Positions 32,396 to 41,621 of a stretch of DNA of 64,000 nucleotides are shown here, piece after piece. Made by a program: the position numbers and the translations under genes. The stretch covers positions 252,271-316,270 of the forward strand of contig CAWVVV010000003.1 in the NCBI GenBank assembly GCA_963933835.1, read 5' to 3'. Under the pieces are notes generated by a model, which worked only from the letters and a program-made list of their open reading frames with translations, had not been told where the DNA came from and searched no databases. The stretch comes from an uncultured Puniceicoccaceae bacterium. GTDB taxonomy: Bacteria > Verrucomicrobiota > Verrucomicrobiia > Opitutales > Oceanipulchritudinaceae. Each line of letters begins with the position of its first letter. Within the stretch, counting starts at the first letter, position 1.

Positions 32396-33436
32396 CTACG
32401 CCCTTACGGCCCAGCGTAGTTTTGCAGAGCTTGCCCGAGGGTTGTCGTGCTGCTCGTTGAAGGAGGCGCGGATGACGTCGTCGCTGATCGCACTGTAGCT
32501 TCCATCGGCTAGACCCGCTTTGAAGGCTTTTTTCACCCGACGATCCTCTCCGCTGTGAAAGGTCAGAACAGCAACGCGTCCGCCGGACCTGAGGCAGTCT
32601 GGCAGCCCGAGCAACCAGCGGTCGAGAACTTGAAATTCATCATTCACCGCAATACGGAGCGCCTGAAAAACACGACGCTGAGTGAGTCTGAGCCGATCGT
32701 CGTCAATAGAGCTTGGTAGGGCCTGCGCGATGGCGCGTGCGAGCTCTCCAGTGGTCTCAATTACCTGATGGGCCAAGGCGCTTGCTAGACGTGCGGCATC
32801 GGGCTCATCGGCATTTTCACTCAACAGCTGCGCGAGTTCCGCTTCGCTCGATTTGGCGATCAAGGTGCTGGCTGACAGTCCCTTCTTCGGGTTCATTCGC
32901 ATATCGAGCGGCCCTTGGTGTTTAAAGCTGAACCCCCGTGCTGGATTATCGACCTGCATCGAAGACACCCCTAGGTCGGCGAGAATGGCACCCGCACCAT
33001 CGGCCCAGCCAATTTTAGTCAGCACGGCGCGCAGGGCGACAAAGTTGGTGCGTTCGCAATGGAGGGTTTCTGCTGGAAACCCAGCTGCACGCAGACGCTT
33101 CTCCGTTTTGGGCAACTCGATGGGATCTTGATCCACTCCGAGCAAGCAGCCACTGGGCTGCACAGCCTTCAAAAGTTCTACAGCGTGACCTCCATAACCG
33201 AGGGTGCAGTCGACCACCCGCTCACCCGCTTTGACCGAGAGTGCCTGCAAGATCTCACCGATCATGATCGGCACATGTTGGCCGGCAGGAGTTTTCCCAC
33301 CCGCGAGCACATGAGCTACAGTGTCTGTGTAGCGCTCAGGATTGAACTCTTTGTATTTATCCTCAAAGCGCTGTGGGTGCTTACCCTTGTAACGCACTCG
33401 GCGCTTGTGTGGTTCAGGCGTCTCCTCGCTTGCCAT
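32396..33436 (-). CDS. rsmH: RsmH/MraW-family methyltransferase with an N-terminal extension
   Basis: HVPIM, DCTLGYGGH, DLGVSSMQ, LDMRM, FQALRIAVN, TFHSGEDRRVK; outside the dcw cluster, so possibly a paralog. Confidence 0.88.
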   Translation of the reverse strand: MASEETPEPHKRRVRYKGKHPQRFEDKYKEFNPERYTDTVAHVLAGGKTPAGQHVPIMIGEILQALSVKAGERVVDCTLGYGGHAVELLKAVQPSGCLLGVDQDPIELPKTEKRLRAAGFPAETLHCERTNFVALRAVLTKIGWADGAGAILADLGVSSMQVDNPARGFSFKHQGPLDMRMNPKKGLSASTLIAKSSEAELAQLLSENADEPDAARLASALAHQVIETTGELARAIAQALPSSIDDDRLRLTQRRVFQALRIAVNDEFQVLDRWLLGLPDCLRSGGRVAVLTFHSGEDRRVKKAFKAGLADGSYSAISDDVIRASFNEQHDNPRASSAKLRWAVRA

Positions 33437-33502
33437 ATGCCCAGAACATGAGGGACGGACTCTGAGCAGCAAGCGGAATGGGGGTGCAATTAATCCACCG
33501 TC

Positions 33503-34741
33503 TTAGGGAAGCAGTCGCGATCTTTCCTCTGCGGTTGGGAGGGCGCAGGCACCTTTGGGGAAGATGCGAAGACGATTGGCCGCGATGAGGCCGTAGATGC
33601 GGTCTCGGAGAAAGAGGGGGACAACGCGGCCCAGCCATCCGAAAGGACGCCAGAATCCGCCTATGTCTGTGAGCGCTTTGAGCACCGCATTAGATTTGAT
33701 CTGCTGCATCGAGTTTTTGCCATCGTCGATGTAGTAGACTATGGTAGAAAGATCGCTACTGTTACGGAGTTCCTCTGGCAATTTATTCGATGCCATTTCA
33801 CCTTGGAGAGGTGCGTATTTTAAGATGCCCGCAGTATCCGCCTCCATCAGAAATTTTACCGAATTGGTGCACAGCCCACATTCACCATCATAGAAGATGA
33901 TACGCTGTATCGTGTCCTTTTTCGCTCGAAACCAATCCGGATCAAAAACGAAGAGATGGATCAAGACCATGGCTGCGGTGAGATCGAGAAAGTCGACGAC
34001 GAGTAAAATCCCACCATGCATGCCTAGCATCAGGGTCCAGATCGCGAGGCGACCTCTCCGGAAGAATGATAGCGGGACAAAGAGAATTTCACCGGCGAGC
34101 GAGAGCCATGTCATGCCCTTAATAAGCGGCAGTGGTAGGTTTACAATGATCTCTCTAAAAACACCTGGGCGCGCCAATGGGTTTTCAGCCAAATGTAGTA
34201 AGGTGGTGCCATCGAGCCAGCTTGGGCTACCCAGTTTGATAATGCCGCTGAAGCTATAGTCGAAGGCTAATAGGCACCAAGCAGTCCAATAGACTCCCGC
34301 AGGATAAAACCATTTCTTTGCGTCCGCTTCACCTAAGCGAAGGGCTTCGTGGCTTGGAATTAAGAGACTAAGCATCAGCATCAGCCCGGTGTAGCCAAGC
34401 GAAGGGTTGGCGATCAAAGGATTGCGGCAGAAGAGGACGGCCCAGACATAAAGTGCAACGAAAGCCGCGATTTTTCGCCTCCATCCCAGAAGTATTGCCG
34501 CGGAACATACGGTTGCGACACTGAGTAGAATGCTGGCTACAAGTGGCGTATCCGCTAACCAAAATGGGCTAGGAAGGATCTTAAAGAGTGGGCTCAGGGA
34601 AGGATCTCCGAGGGTGCCTTCTTTGCTGAACAACTCACCCGCATAGGGAATCAAGAGGGCAAAATGCCAGAACAGATAGCTTCCCAGCAAAATCCTGAAG
34701 AACGTAAATTGCCAGCGTGAGATATTTTTTAATCCAAACAT
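33503..34741 (-). CDS. HTTM-like membrane protein fused to a DCC1/DUF393 thiol-disulfide oxidoreductase domain
   Basis: FRILLG..., multiple TMs, YSFSGIIKL..PSW.DG; C-terminal IFYDGECGLC..APLQG..RDRIY..IAANR. Confidence 0.85.
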   Translation of the reverse strand: MFGLKNISRWQFTFFRILLGSYLFWHFALLIPYAGELFSKEGTLGDPSLSPLFKILPSPFWLADTPLVASILLSVATVCSAAILLGWRRKIAAFVALYVWAVLFCRNPLIANPSLGYTGLMLMLSLLIPSHEALRLGEADAKKWFYPAGVYWTAWCLLAFDYSFSGIIKLGSPSWLDGTTLLHLAENPLARPGVFREIIVNLPLPLIKGMTWLSLAGEILFVPLSFFRRGRLAIWTLMLGMHGGILLVVDFLDLTAAMVLIHLFVFDPDWFRAKKDTIQRIIFYDGECGLCTNSVKFLMEADTAGILKYAPLQGEMASNKLPEELRNSSDLSTIVYYIDDGKNSMQQIKSNAVLKALTDIGGFWRPFGWLGRVVPLFLRDRIYGLIAANRLRIFPKGACALPTAEERSRLLP

Positions 34742-35217
34742 GGCGGTGTGAATGTCCAGTGGTCATCCCGACCTATGGTCTTCGTTTCGATTTGAATAGA
34801 AATAGAAGAATATTCCGGGCCGATCTTTAATTCTTCACGCAAAGGTCCATTGAAGCCGTAGCAGAAAACGCTTTGCCAAAGTGGGTCTGGTAAACGCGGT
34901 GCATAGCTCAGGGCCGCGCCATAAACATTGCGGCGATTGTAGGGCCCTTTAAGTTGCTGATAAAACTGGGGAGTGACTTCGCGCAACTCGGTCGTTCCAT
35001 CCGGTTTGTGGAGGATCAAACTAAAGCGTGCCGCGTAGGTTTCGAAGCCGTCGACATCTGAAAAGACCTTTGTGTATGGAGCGAATCCATAGGCGGCGCC
35101 GAGACCGCGCAGGGCTGGCATCTTCAGGAGGGTGCCGGCGAATTGCAGGCTTCCAAGGCATAGAATCGCGATCGCGCACCAGCCGATCCATTTCGGGCAT
35201 TCAGGGCGTTCACTCAT
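34729..35217 (-). CDS. Hypothetical membrane-anchored protein
   Basis: Start overlaps the upstream stop (ATGAGTGA); TM, then APYTKVF..ETYA..GPYNRRNVYGAALSYAP. Confidence 0.8.
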   Translation of the reverse strand: MSERPECPKWIGWCAIAILCLGSLQFAGTLLKMPALRGLGAAYGFAPYTKVFSDVDGFETYAARFSLILHKPDGTTELREVTPQFYQQLKGPYNRRNVYGAALSYAPRLPDPLWQSVFCYGFNGPLREELKIGPEYSSISIQIETKTIGRDDHWTFTPPCLD

Positions 35218-36049
35218 CGCTACTTCTGGTTTCGGCTTCCGCTCTTTGCCGGGACTCGGTACAGGCCCATTTCTTTTTGCAGCCGATACAGGTTGGCAAG
35301 AGGTGCAGTGGTGAAACGGACGCAGCATTTTTAGCATTCACGTCACGAAATGCGAGCATGTCGTCGAAGCGGTCTTCGCGCCAGTCGTCGTAGCCGAATT
35401 GTGTTAACTTGCTACTACGCCCGTTCTGAAAAGTTCCAAAAAGCAGATCCCAAATCGGAAGGTCAGCGAAATTTTTCGTATGCCGGTGATACTCGTGGTG
35501 TATCCGATGTGACTCCGGACGTTGGAAGAGATACCCCAGCTTTTCCGGCGTGCGTATATTCCAATGATAAAAATATTCTGCCACTGCGGTGAAGAACACG
35601 TAGAGCGCCCCGCCGGGGATACTCAAACCAAAGAGGCTGTAGACGATGAGTGAACTCAAGACAGAGTTGATCGCAATTTCAACCGGGTGTTTATAAAACG
35701 AAGTGAGTATCTCGATACGCCGAGGCGAATGGTGAAGCTGATGACAGAGTCGCCAGAAGAAGCGCGAATCATGACGCATCCGATGCCACCAGTAGTAGAT
35801 AAATGTAGACGCGAAGTAGGCAATCGATGCGCCTGCCAGCGGATGCATGCTAGCGCCAAGATGAAGCAGTGATCCCCGTTGTAACCAGCGGTCCCAAGTC
35901 ATACCGGCAAGCACCACAATACCGAGTTGGATCAGATTAACAAAAGCGACCCGCCACCACCAAGCCCGGACCTTCGGCAGCTCCGTAGCTGGCCAAAGTC
36001 GCTCAACAATTAGGCAACCGACAGCAATCAAGATAGTCAGGTAGAGCAC
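35210..36049 (-). CDS. Sterol desaturase / fatty-acid hydroxylase family protein
   Basis: His boxes YYWWHRMRH, HQLHHS, YFYHWN, HRIHH; WDLLFGTF; C-terminal CIGCKKKWAC. Confidence 0.9.
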   Translation of the reverse strand: MLYLTILIAVGCLIVERLWPATELPKVRAWWWRVAFVNLIQLGIVVLAGMTWDRWLQRGSLLHLGASMHPLAGASIAYFASTFIYYWWHRMRHDSRFFWRLCHQLHHSPRRIEILTSFYKHPVEIAINSVLSSLIVYSLFGLSIPGGALYVFFTAVAEYFYHWNIRTPEKLGYLFQRPESHRIHHEYHRHTKNFADLPIWDLLFGTFQNGRSSKLTQFGYDDWREDRFDDMLAFRDVNAKNAASVSPLHLLPTCIGCKKKWACTESRQRAEAETRSSDE

Positions 36050-36155
36050 AGTTGATGACGCTGTTTAAAATATGCTTAAACGGAAAGACAAAAAGCCGGT
36101 GGTCAGCGAGGGAGCCAATGGAGGCTAAGGCAAAATTTCGAGACCCATCCTGCGC

Positions 36156-37406
36156 TTAGTCCTTCAAATCTTCCGCGGCTTTGGCGGCTGCTTCGCGGAG
36201 TTTGTCTTTCTTGCTCTTCCGCTTGCCTTTGATCCCACCAATTTTGGGCTTCTCCGGAACGACGACACGGTTGGGGACAAACGCTTCGAGCTGCTCACGC
36301 GGCAGGGTGCGTTCGATCTTCTTTTCGATCAGCTTGAGATGAGCGTTGGTTTCGGCGCTCACGAAACTGATTGCAAGGCCGCCTTCCCCTGCCCGACCCG
36401 TTCGCCCGATGCGGTGCATGTAGGCGGCGGGTGATCGCGGCAGGTCATAGTTCACCACGACCGGCATCTGAACAATATCGATCCCACGCGCGACAAGGTC
36501 AGTTGCGACGAGAACCTGAAATTCGGAATCTTTGAAACCTTGAAGCACCTCTGTCCGGGCGCCTTGACTTAGCTTTCCGTGCAGAGGAGCCGCCTCGATC
36601 CCGAGCCGAAGGAGTTTCTGCGCGATGTGTTCGGTGGCGTAGGAGCTGGCTGCAAAAACGAGGACACGACTCCAGACATTTTCCTCGATGAGGTGTCGCA
36701 GAATCCGTGTCCGACGCTCGACATCGACCTCGATCACGCGCTCGACGATCTCCGACGGCGTGACGGGCTTAAGATCCATCCCGACCTGTAACGGCTCGTT
36801 CAGGATGCTCTCTGCGAGGGCCTTCACTTCATCTGGGTAGGTCGCGGAGAAGAAGAGGTTTTGGCGGCGCGGTGAAAGAAGTTTAATGAGTCGCCCAAGC
36901 TCGTCCTCAAAACCGAGCTCCAAGAGGCGGTCAGCTTCATCAAGGACAAGAATCGAAGCCGCCTTCAGACGAACGGCATTCTTCTCAACGAGCTCAAGGA
37001 GGCGTCCAGGTGTCGCGATGATAATGTGAGCGCCGCCACGCAAAGCCATCATCTGCGGGTTGATCGAGACCCCGCCAATCGCCGTGACGATCTTCAAGGT
37101 CTCAGAAAAGTTCTGACTGTAGAGCTGAAAGAACTCCTCAACTTGGGTGGCGAGCTCGCGGGTTGGCACAATGACCAACGCGAAGGGGCGGCGCAAATCG
37201 ACCGGACGGATATCAAGCAACCGCTGGAGAATAGGCAGCGCAAAGGCGGCCGTCTTACCCGAACCCGTTTGGGCGCAGGCCCAGACATCCTTCCTCTCTA
37301 AAACAGTGGGAATCGTCGCTTCCTGAATAGGCGTTGGAGCGGCGTAATTACGCTCGGAAAGAGCGCTCGTGAGTGTCTCGGACAAACCCAAATCGGAAAA
37401 CTGCAT
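36156..37406 (-). CDS. DEAD-box RNA helicase (RhlE-like)
   Basis: Q motif, AQTGSGKT, PTRELA, DEAD, SAT, ARGID, HRIGRTGRAG; start ATG 37406. Confidence 0.95.
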   Translation of the reverse strand: MQFSDLGLSETLTSALSERNYAAPTPIQEATIPTVLERKDVWACAQTGSGKTAAFALPILQRLLDIRPVDLRRPFALVIVPTRELATQVEEFFQLYSQNFSETLKIVTAIGGVSINPQMMALRGGAHIIIATPGRLLELVEKNAVRLKAASILVLDEADRLLELGFEDELGRLIKLLSPRRQNLFFSATYPDEVKALAESILNEPLQVGMDLKPVTPSEIVERVIEVDVERRTRILRHLIEENVWSRVLVFAASSYATEHIAQKLLRLGIEAAPLHGKLSQGARTEVLQGFKDSEFQVLVATDLVARGIDIVQMPVVVNYDLPRSPAAYMHRIGRTGRAGEGGLAISFVSAETNAHLKLIEKKIERTLPREQLEAFVPNRVVVPEKPKIGGIKGKRKSKKDKLREAAAKAAEDLKD

Positions 37407-37493
37407 GGTACGTCGATGACGGCCAGCCCACCTCTTGTGAATCAAAATCCGGCCATCAAGCACAGATAGACACCGATCTGATCAACTGATTAT

Positions 37494-37914
37494 TCTCTCA
37501 CAGAGGCGCAGCGCCACAGAGGAAAGACAATCACTGCAAAGTTGAACCACGGATCTTTTGCTCCTGAATTCTTACATTGATGCACAGGATAGACAGGATG
37601 TTTTAAGGGACTTTCTCCGGGCTCTCCGTGTCTCCGTGGTGAACCCCTTCCAGAGCCTAAGCCAGAGCACCCATTTCTGTGTCTTTTGTGCCTTCTGTGG
37701 TTCCCCAAGTTTCACAGAGCCTTAGCACTAAAGCCAAAGCCATCCTGCATATTCTGTTCATCGATGTAAAAGAAACAGAGCCTTAGCTTCGTGCTCTCTG
37801 TGTCCTCTGTGGTTAAATCTTACAGAGCCTAAGCAATCCGTGTTCATCCGTGGTTAAACTTACAGAGCCCAAGCAATCCGTGTTCATCCGTGGTTAAACT
37901 TACAGAGCCCAAGC
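37494..37914. repeat. Mosaic repeat tract including an array of 12-bp CAGAGCCYWAGC repeats
   Basis: Repeat at 37651, 37715, 37776, 37823, 37863, 37903; inserts are short self-repeating motifs. Confidence 0.85.
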
Positions 37915-38014
37915 AAGGACCCCAAGACGCAAAGCAGTTCAAAATTCCTGCCCTAGGGACACACTAGCCTACGCTTGCCAAGTGCAGAGGGATTTTCGAA
38001 GTTCCTTATCCTCT

Positions 38015-38926
38015 ATGGCCCAGATCATTATCCGTGCGTTTTATAAGTTTGTATCGCTGGAGGACTTCGCAGCCCTCCAGAAAGGCTACCAAGGACGCGG
38101 TCTAGAGCTCAACATCAAGGGCACCATTCTCCTAGCCAAGGAAGGGATCAATGGGACGATCTCAGGCAGCCGCGAAGAGTTAGACGCCTTCTTTGCCGAG
38201 CTACAGAGTGATCAGCGCCTGAAAGACCTTCGCTATAAAGAATCGATTGATGCGGAACAGCCCTTTTACCGCCTCAAAGTGCGTCTCAAAAAAGAGATCG
38301 TTTCAATGGGAATGCCCGAAGTGGATCCCAACGAATACGTCGGCACCTATCTCGAAAGTAGAGAATGGAATGAACTGCTCGATGACCCGGATACCGTCGT
38401 CATCGACACACGCAACCACTACGAAGTCTCGATCGGAACCTTTAAAAATGCGATCGACCCGAAGACAAAATCCTTTCGCGAATTTCCGCAATGGGTTGAA
38501 GAGAACAAAGAGAAGATCGAGGGCAAAAAGATTGCGATGTTTTGCACCGGTGGAATTCGCTGCGAAAAAGCGACTTCATTCATGAAGTTGAAGGGCTATA
38601 AAGACGTCTTCCACCTCAACGGCGGCATCCTGCAATACCTCGAAGACACGCCAAAAAAAGAAAGCAAATGGGAAGGTGAATGCTTCGTTTTCGATAACCG
38701 TGTCACCGTCGATCATGAACTTCAGGCCGGCTCTTACGACCTCTGCCACGCCTGCCGTATGCCCCTCTCTGAGGAAGACCTGTCATCTGAGCATTATGAA
38801 AAAGGTGTCTCCTGCCCACACTGTCATGAAATGCACACGGAAGAACGCCGCGAAGCATTCAAAATGCGCCAAAAGCAAATCGAGTTAGCAGCACAGCGAG
38901 GCACGCCTCACTTTATCTCTGAATAA
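38015..38926 (+). CDS. trhO: Rhodanese-domain tRNA uridine(34) hydroxylase (TrhO/YceA family)
   Basis: FYKF, GTILLAKEGINGT, DTRNHYE, CTGGIRCEK, CFVFDNR, CHAC..CPHC. Confidence 0.92.
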   Translation: MAQIIIRAFYKFVSLEDFAALQKGYQGRGLELNIKGTILLAKEGINGTISGSREELDAFFAELQSDQRLKDLRYKESIDAEQPFYRLKVRLKKEIVSMGMPEVDPNEYVGTYLESREWNELLDDPDTVVIDTRNHYEVSIGTFKNAIDPKTKSFREFPQWVEENKEKIEGKKIAMFCTGGIRCEKATSFMKLKGYKDVFHLNGGILQYLEDTPKKESKWEGECFVFDNRVTVDHELQAGSYDLCHACRMPLSEEDLSSEHYEKGVSCPHCHEMHTEERREAFKMRQKQIELAAQRGTPHFISE

Positions 38927-38955
38927 AAGTCTCCGCCTCAGGGATTTCGACACAC

Positions 38956-39291
38956 ACCCAAATCGCCGTGACGATCTTCAAGGTCTCGGAAAACCGCATG
39001 GACGTCGATGACGGCCAGCCTACCTCTTGTGCATCAAAATCCGGCAATTTAGCGCAGATAGACACCCATCTGATCAACTGACTATTCTCTCACAGAGGCA
39101 CAAAGATCACAGAGGAAAGACAATCACTGCAAAGTATCACCACTGATGGACACAGATCTTTTGCTCCTGATTTCTTACATTGATGCACAGGATAAACAGG
39201 ATGTTTTAAAGGACTTTCTCCGTGCCTCGGCGAGAGAACCTTCAGAGCCCAAGCCATCCGTGTATATCAGTGTTTTTATCTGTGGTTAAAC
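38956..39291. repeat. Diverged direct duplicate of the helicase 5' end and upstream repeat tract
   Basis: 38961-38987 identical to 37077-37103; from about 38988 colinear with 37395 to about 37662. Confidence 0.88.
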
Positions 39292-39364
39292 AAACCAGCG
39301 CATAAGAACCTCCCTTCCCTCTTCAAAAGCCATCCGTCCCGGCATGAGCCTGCCGAACACTTCG

Positions 39365-39437
39365 CATTCATCACTCATTCATCACTCATCATTCATCACT
39401 CATCATTCAAAAATCCATCATCCAAAATTCATCATTC
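39365..39437. repeat. Heptamer tandem repeat (TCATCAT/TCATCAC/TCAAAAT)
   Basis: Visible tandem units; the same units form an inverted repeat at 46040-46140. Confidence 0.8.
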
Positions 39438-39752
39438 CCCTCTCTTCCGTCTTGCCATCGCACCACACTTCACCTCATCTAGAAAGCGTCTTTCCTCACT
39501 CCTATGTGAGCACTCAACAGCGCTTCCTCACCCAACGATCCGGCCGAACAACTGCCCGACCAAGGGCGGCAGCGTATTTACAATTAAAGACTATCGAGCA
39601 GCCTAAGCCATAGGGCACAAAAGGCGGCACAAAAGGGGTCAAACGTTTAATTTAAACATCACCCTAGCCCGGCACAAAGTGGGGTGAAACCGGAGTGACG
39701 CTCGCTACGGGCAGCTTTGACAATCGCTACACTGGGGACATCGTGCGTTTCC

Positions 39753-40745
39753 ATGACGCTAGAGGTTGAGGCATTGATCAGGAAGGCAACGGGCGCGAAC
39801 CGGTGTCGGGAGGTGGGTGCTCTACAGAGCCTCTGGAGCGGGTATGGCTCGATTTTGCGTTACGCACTGGAGGGGGCCGAGCGAGCGAGCGTGATCGTGA
39901 AGCATGTCTCGCCTCCAACGACGACGAATCATCCACGAGGGTGGAACACGAATCTCTCGCACGCGCGCAAACTGAAGTCTTATCAGGTGGAAAGCGCTTG
40001 GTATCAGGACTACGCCGCCCGCTGCGGTGCGCATTGCCGGGTGCCTGAATGCCTCGCGGTCGAGACGAAGGGTGATGAGGTTCTTATTTTCCTCGAAGAC
40101 CTGGACGCGTCGGGCTACGGCGATCGACGCAGCTCGGTGGGCGAACCGGAGCTGAACGCCTGCATTGCGTGGTTTGCACAGTTCCATGCGAACTTCCTCG
40201 GCAACTCATCTGAGAAACTCTGGGACTGCGGAACGTATTGGCATCTGGATACGCGCCCCGATGAGCTGGATCAACTCTCGACCGAGGATCCGGACTTGTG
40301 GAAGGCTGCTACTTCGATTGATGCAAAACTCAAGGCGAGTCCCTTTCAAACCCTCGTTCACGGTGATGCAAAACTCGCCAATTTTTGTTTCTCACCGGAC
40401 GGCACCTCGGTCGCCGTAGTGGACTTCCAATACATCGGCCGCGGTTGCGGGATGAAGGACCTCGCCTACTTCATCGGCAGCTGCTTCGGCGAGGAGGATT
40501 GTGAACATCACACCCCCACTCTCCTCGACATCTACTTCAAGGTCCTCCGTTCCGCTCTCAAGGAACGCGGTGTCAGCGTCGATCCCGACGCTCTCGAAGC
40601 CAACTGGCGGGCGCTCTTTCCTGTCGCCTGGACGGACTTCCATCGATTTTTAAAAGGCTGGAGCCCTGGGCACTGGAAAATTCATGGTTACAGCGAACGC
40701 CTTGCCCAAGAAGTCATTGCGCAGCTAAACACAGACCACTCATGA
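39753..40745 (+). CDS. Choline/ecdysteroid-kinase-like phosphotransferase (DUF1679-like)
   Basis: [27 protein letters not shown]. Confidence 0.88.
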   Translation: MTLEVEALIRKATGANRCREVGALQSLWSGYGSILRYALEGAERASVIVKHVSPPTTTNHPRGWNTNLSHARKLKSYQVESAWYQDYAARCGAHCRVPECLAVETKGDEVLIFLEDLDASGYGDRRSSVGEPELNACIAWFAQFHANFLGNSSEKLWDCGTYWHLDTRPDELDQLSTEDPDLWKAATSIDAKLKASPFQTLVHGDAKLANFCFSPDGTSVAVVDFQYIGRGCGMKDLAYFIGSCFGEEDCEHHTPTLLDIYFKVLRSALKERGVSVDPDALEANWRALFPVAWTDFHRFLKGWSPGHWKIHGYSERLAQEVIAQLNTDHS

Positions 40746-41617
40746 AACTCGCCCCCGAAGATCTCAACACCCTCGCTGATCAAGCCTGTCTCGCAGCGAA
40801 AGAAGCCGGTGCGCTGATCGCCAGCTATAGCCACCGCGAGGTCGATGTGAAAAAGAAAACCGGCGGTGATAGTGACGCGGCACAAGTCGTGACCGAAGTC
40901 GACGAGCGTAGTGAGGAACTCATTTTGCGCCTCCTCGAACCGACGACCCAACGCTACGACCTCGCGGCCCTGACGGAAGAGACTGAGGATGATCAGCTCC
41001 GCCTGACGAAGGACTATTTTTGGTGCATCGATCCGCTCGACGGCACCCTCCCCTTCATCCAAGGCATCCCCGGCTACTCCGTCTCGATCGCGCTAGTTCG
41101 TCGCGACGGCCAAGCCCTCATCGGTGTCATCTTCGACCCGATCAAAAACAAGCTCTATCGCGCCGTCGCTGGTGCGGGCGTCCAGATCAACGGCTCCGCC
41201 TTCACCCCGTCAGCGAACGAAACGAACGTCCCCCTCAAGTTCTTCTGCGATTGCACCTTCCCGATGCATCCCGAGCGCGAAGCGCTTATCCGCGAGGTCG
41301 AAACCATCGCTACGCGCGAGGGCTACCGCGGGATCGAAGTCATCGAAGGCGCGGGCGGTGTGCTCAACGCCTGCTGGGTGCTCGAACAGGGCCCTGCCAT
41401 CTACTTCAAAAAGCCTAAGCTAAAGAATGGCGGCGGATCGCTCTGGGATTTCGCCGCGACAGCCTGTCTATTCGAAGAAACCGGGCTCTATGCACGCGAC
41501 TTCGACAGGCAACCCCGCGATCTAAATCGAACCGAATCAACCTTTATGAACCACCGCGGCGTCTGCTTCGCCTCTACACCTGAGCTAGCAGCCGCGCTAC
41601 GCGGCGGATTGAGCTAG
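40742..41617 (+). CDS. Inositol monophosphatase / CysQ family phosphatase
   Basis: [29 protein letters not shown] overlap with the kinase stop. Confidence 0.92.
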   Translation: MKLAPEDLNTLADQACLAAKEAGALIASYSHREVDVKKKTGGDSDAAQVVTEVDERSEELILRLLEPTTQRYDLAALTEETEDDQLRLTKDYFWCIDPLDGTLPFIQGIPGYSVSIALVRRDGQALIGVIFDPIKNKLYRAVAGAGVQINGSAFTPSANETNVPLKFFCDCTFPMHPEREALIREVETIATREGYRGIEVIEGAGGVLNACWVLEQGPAIYFKKPKLKNGGGSLWDFAATACLFEETGLYARDFDRQPRDLNRTESTFMNHRGVCFASTPELAAALRGGLS

Positions 41618-41621
41618 AAGC

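Noticed and set aside
37651..37914. CRISPR array
   Set aside because: The repeat is only 12 bp, inserts vary from 28 to 52 nt, are themselves repetitive and two are identical; no cas genes in the window
39344..39613. His-rich 89-aa ORF (IHHSSFITHHS)
   Set aside because: Translation of the heptamer DNA repeat, not a metal-binding protein
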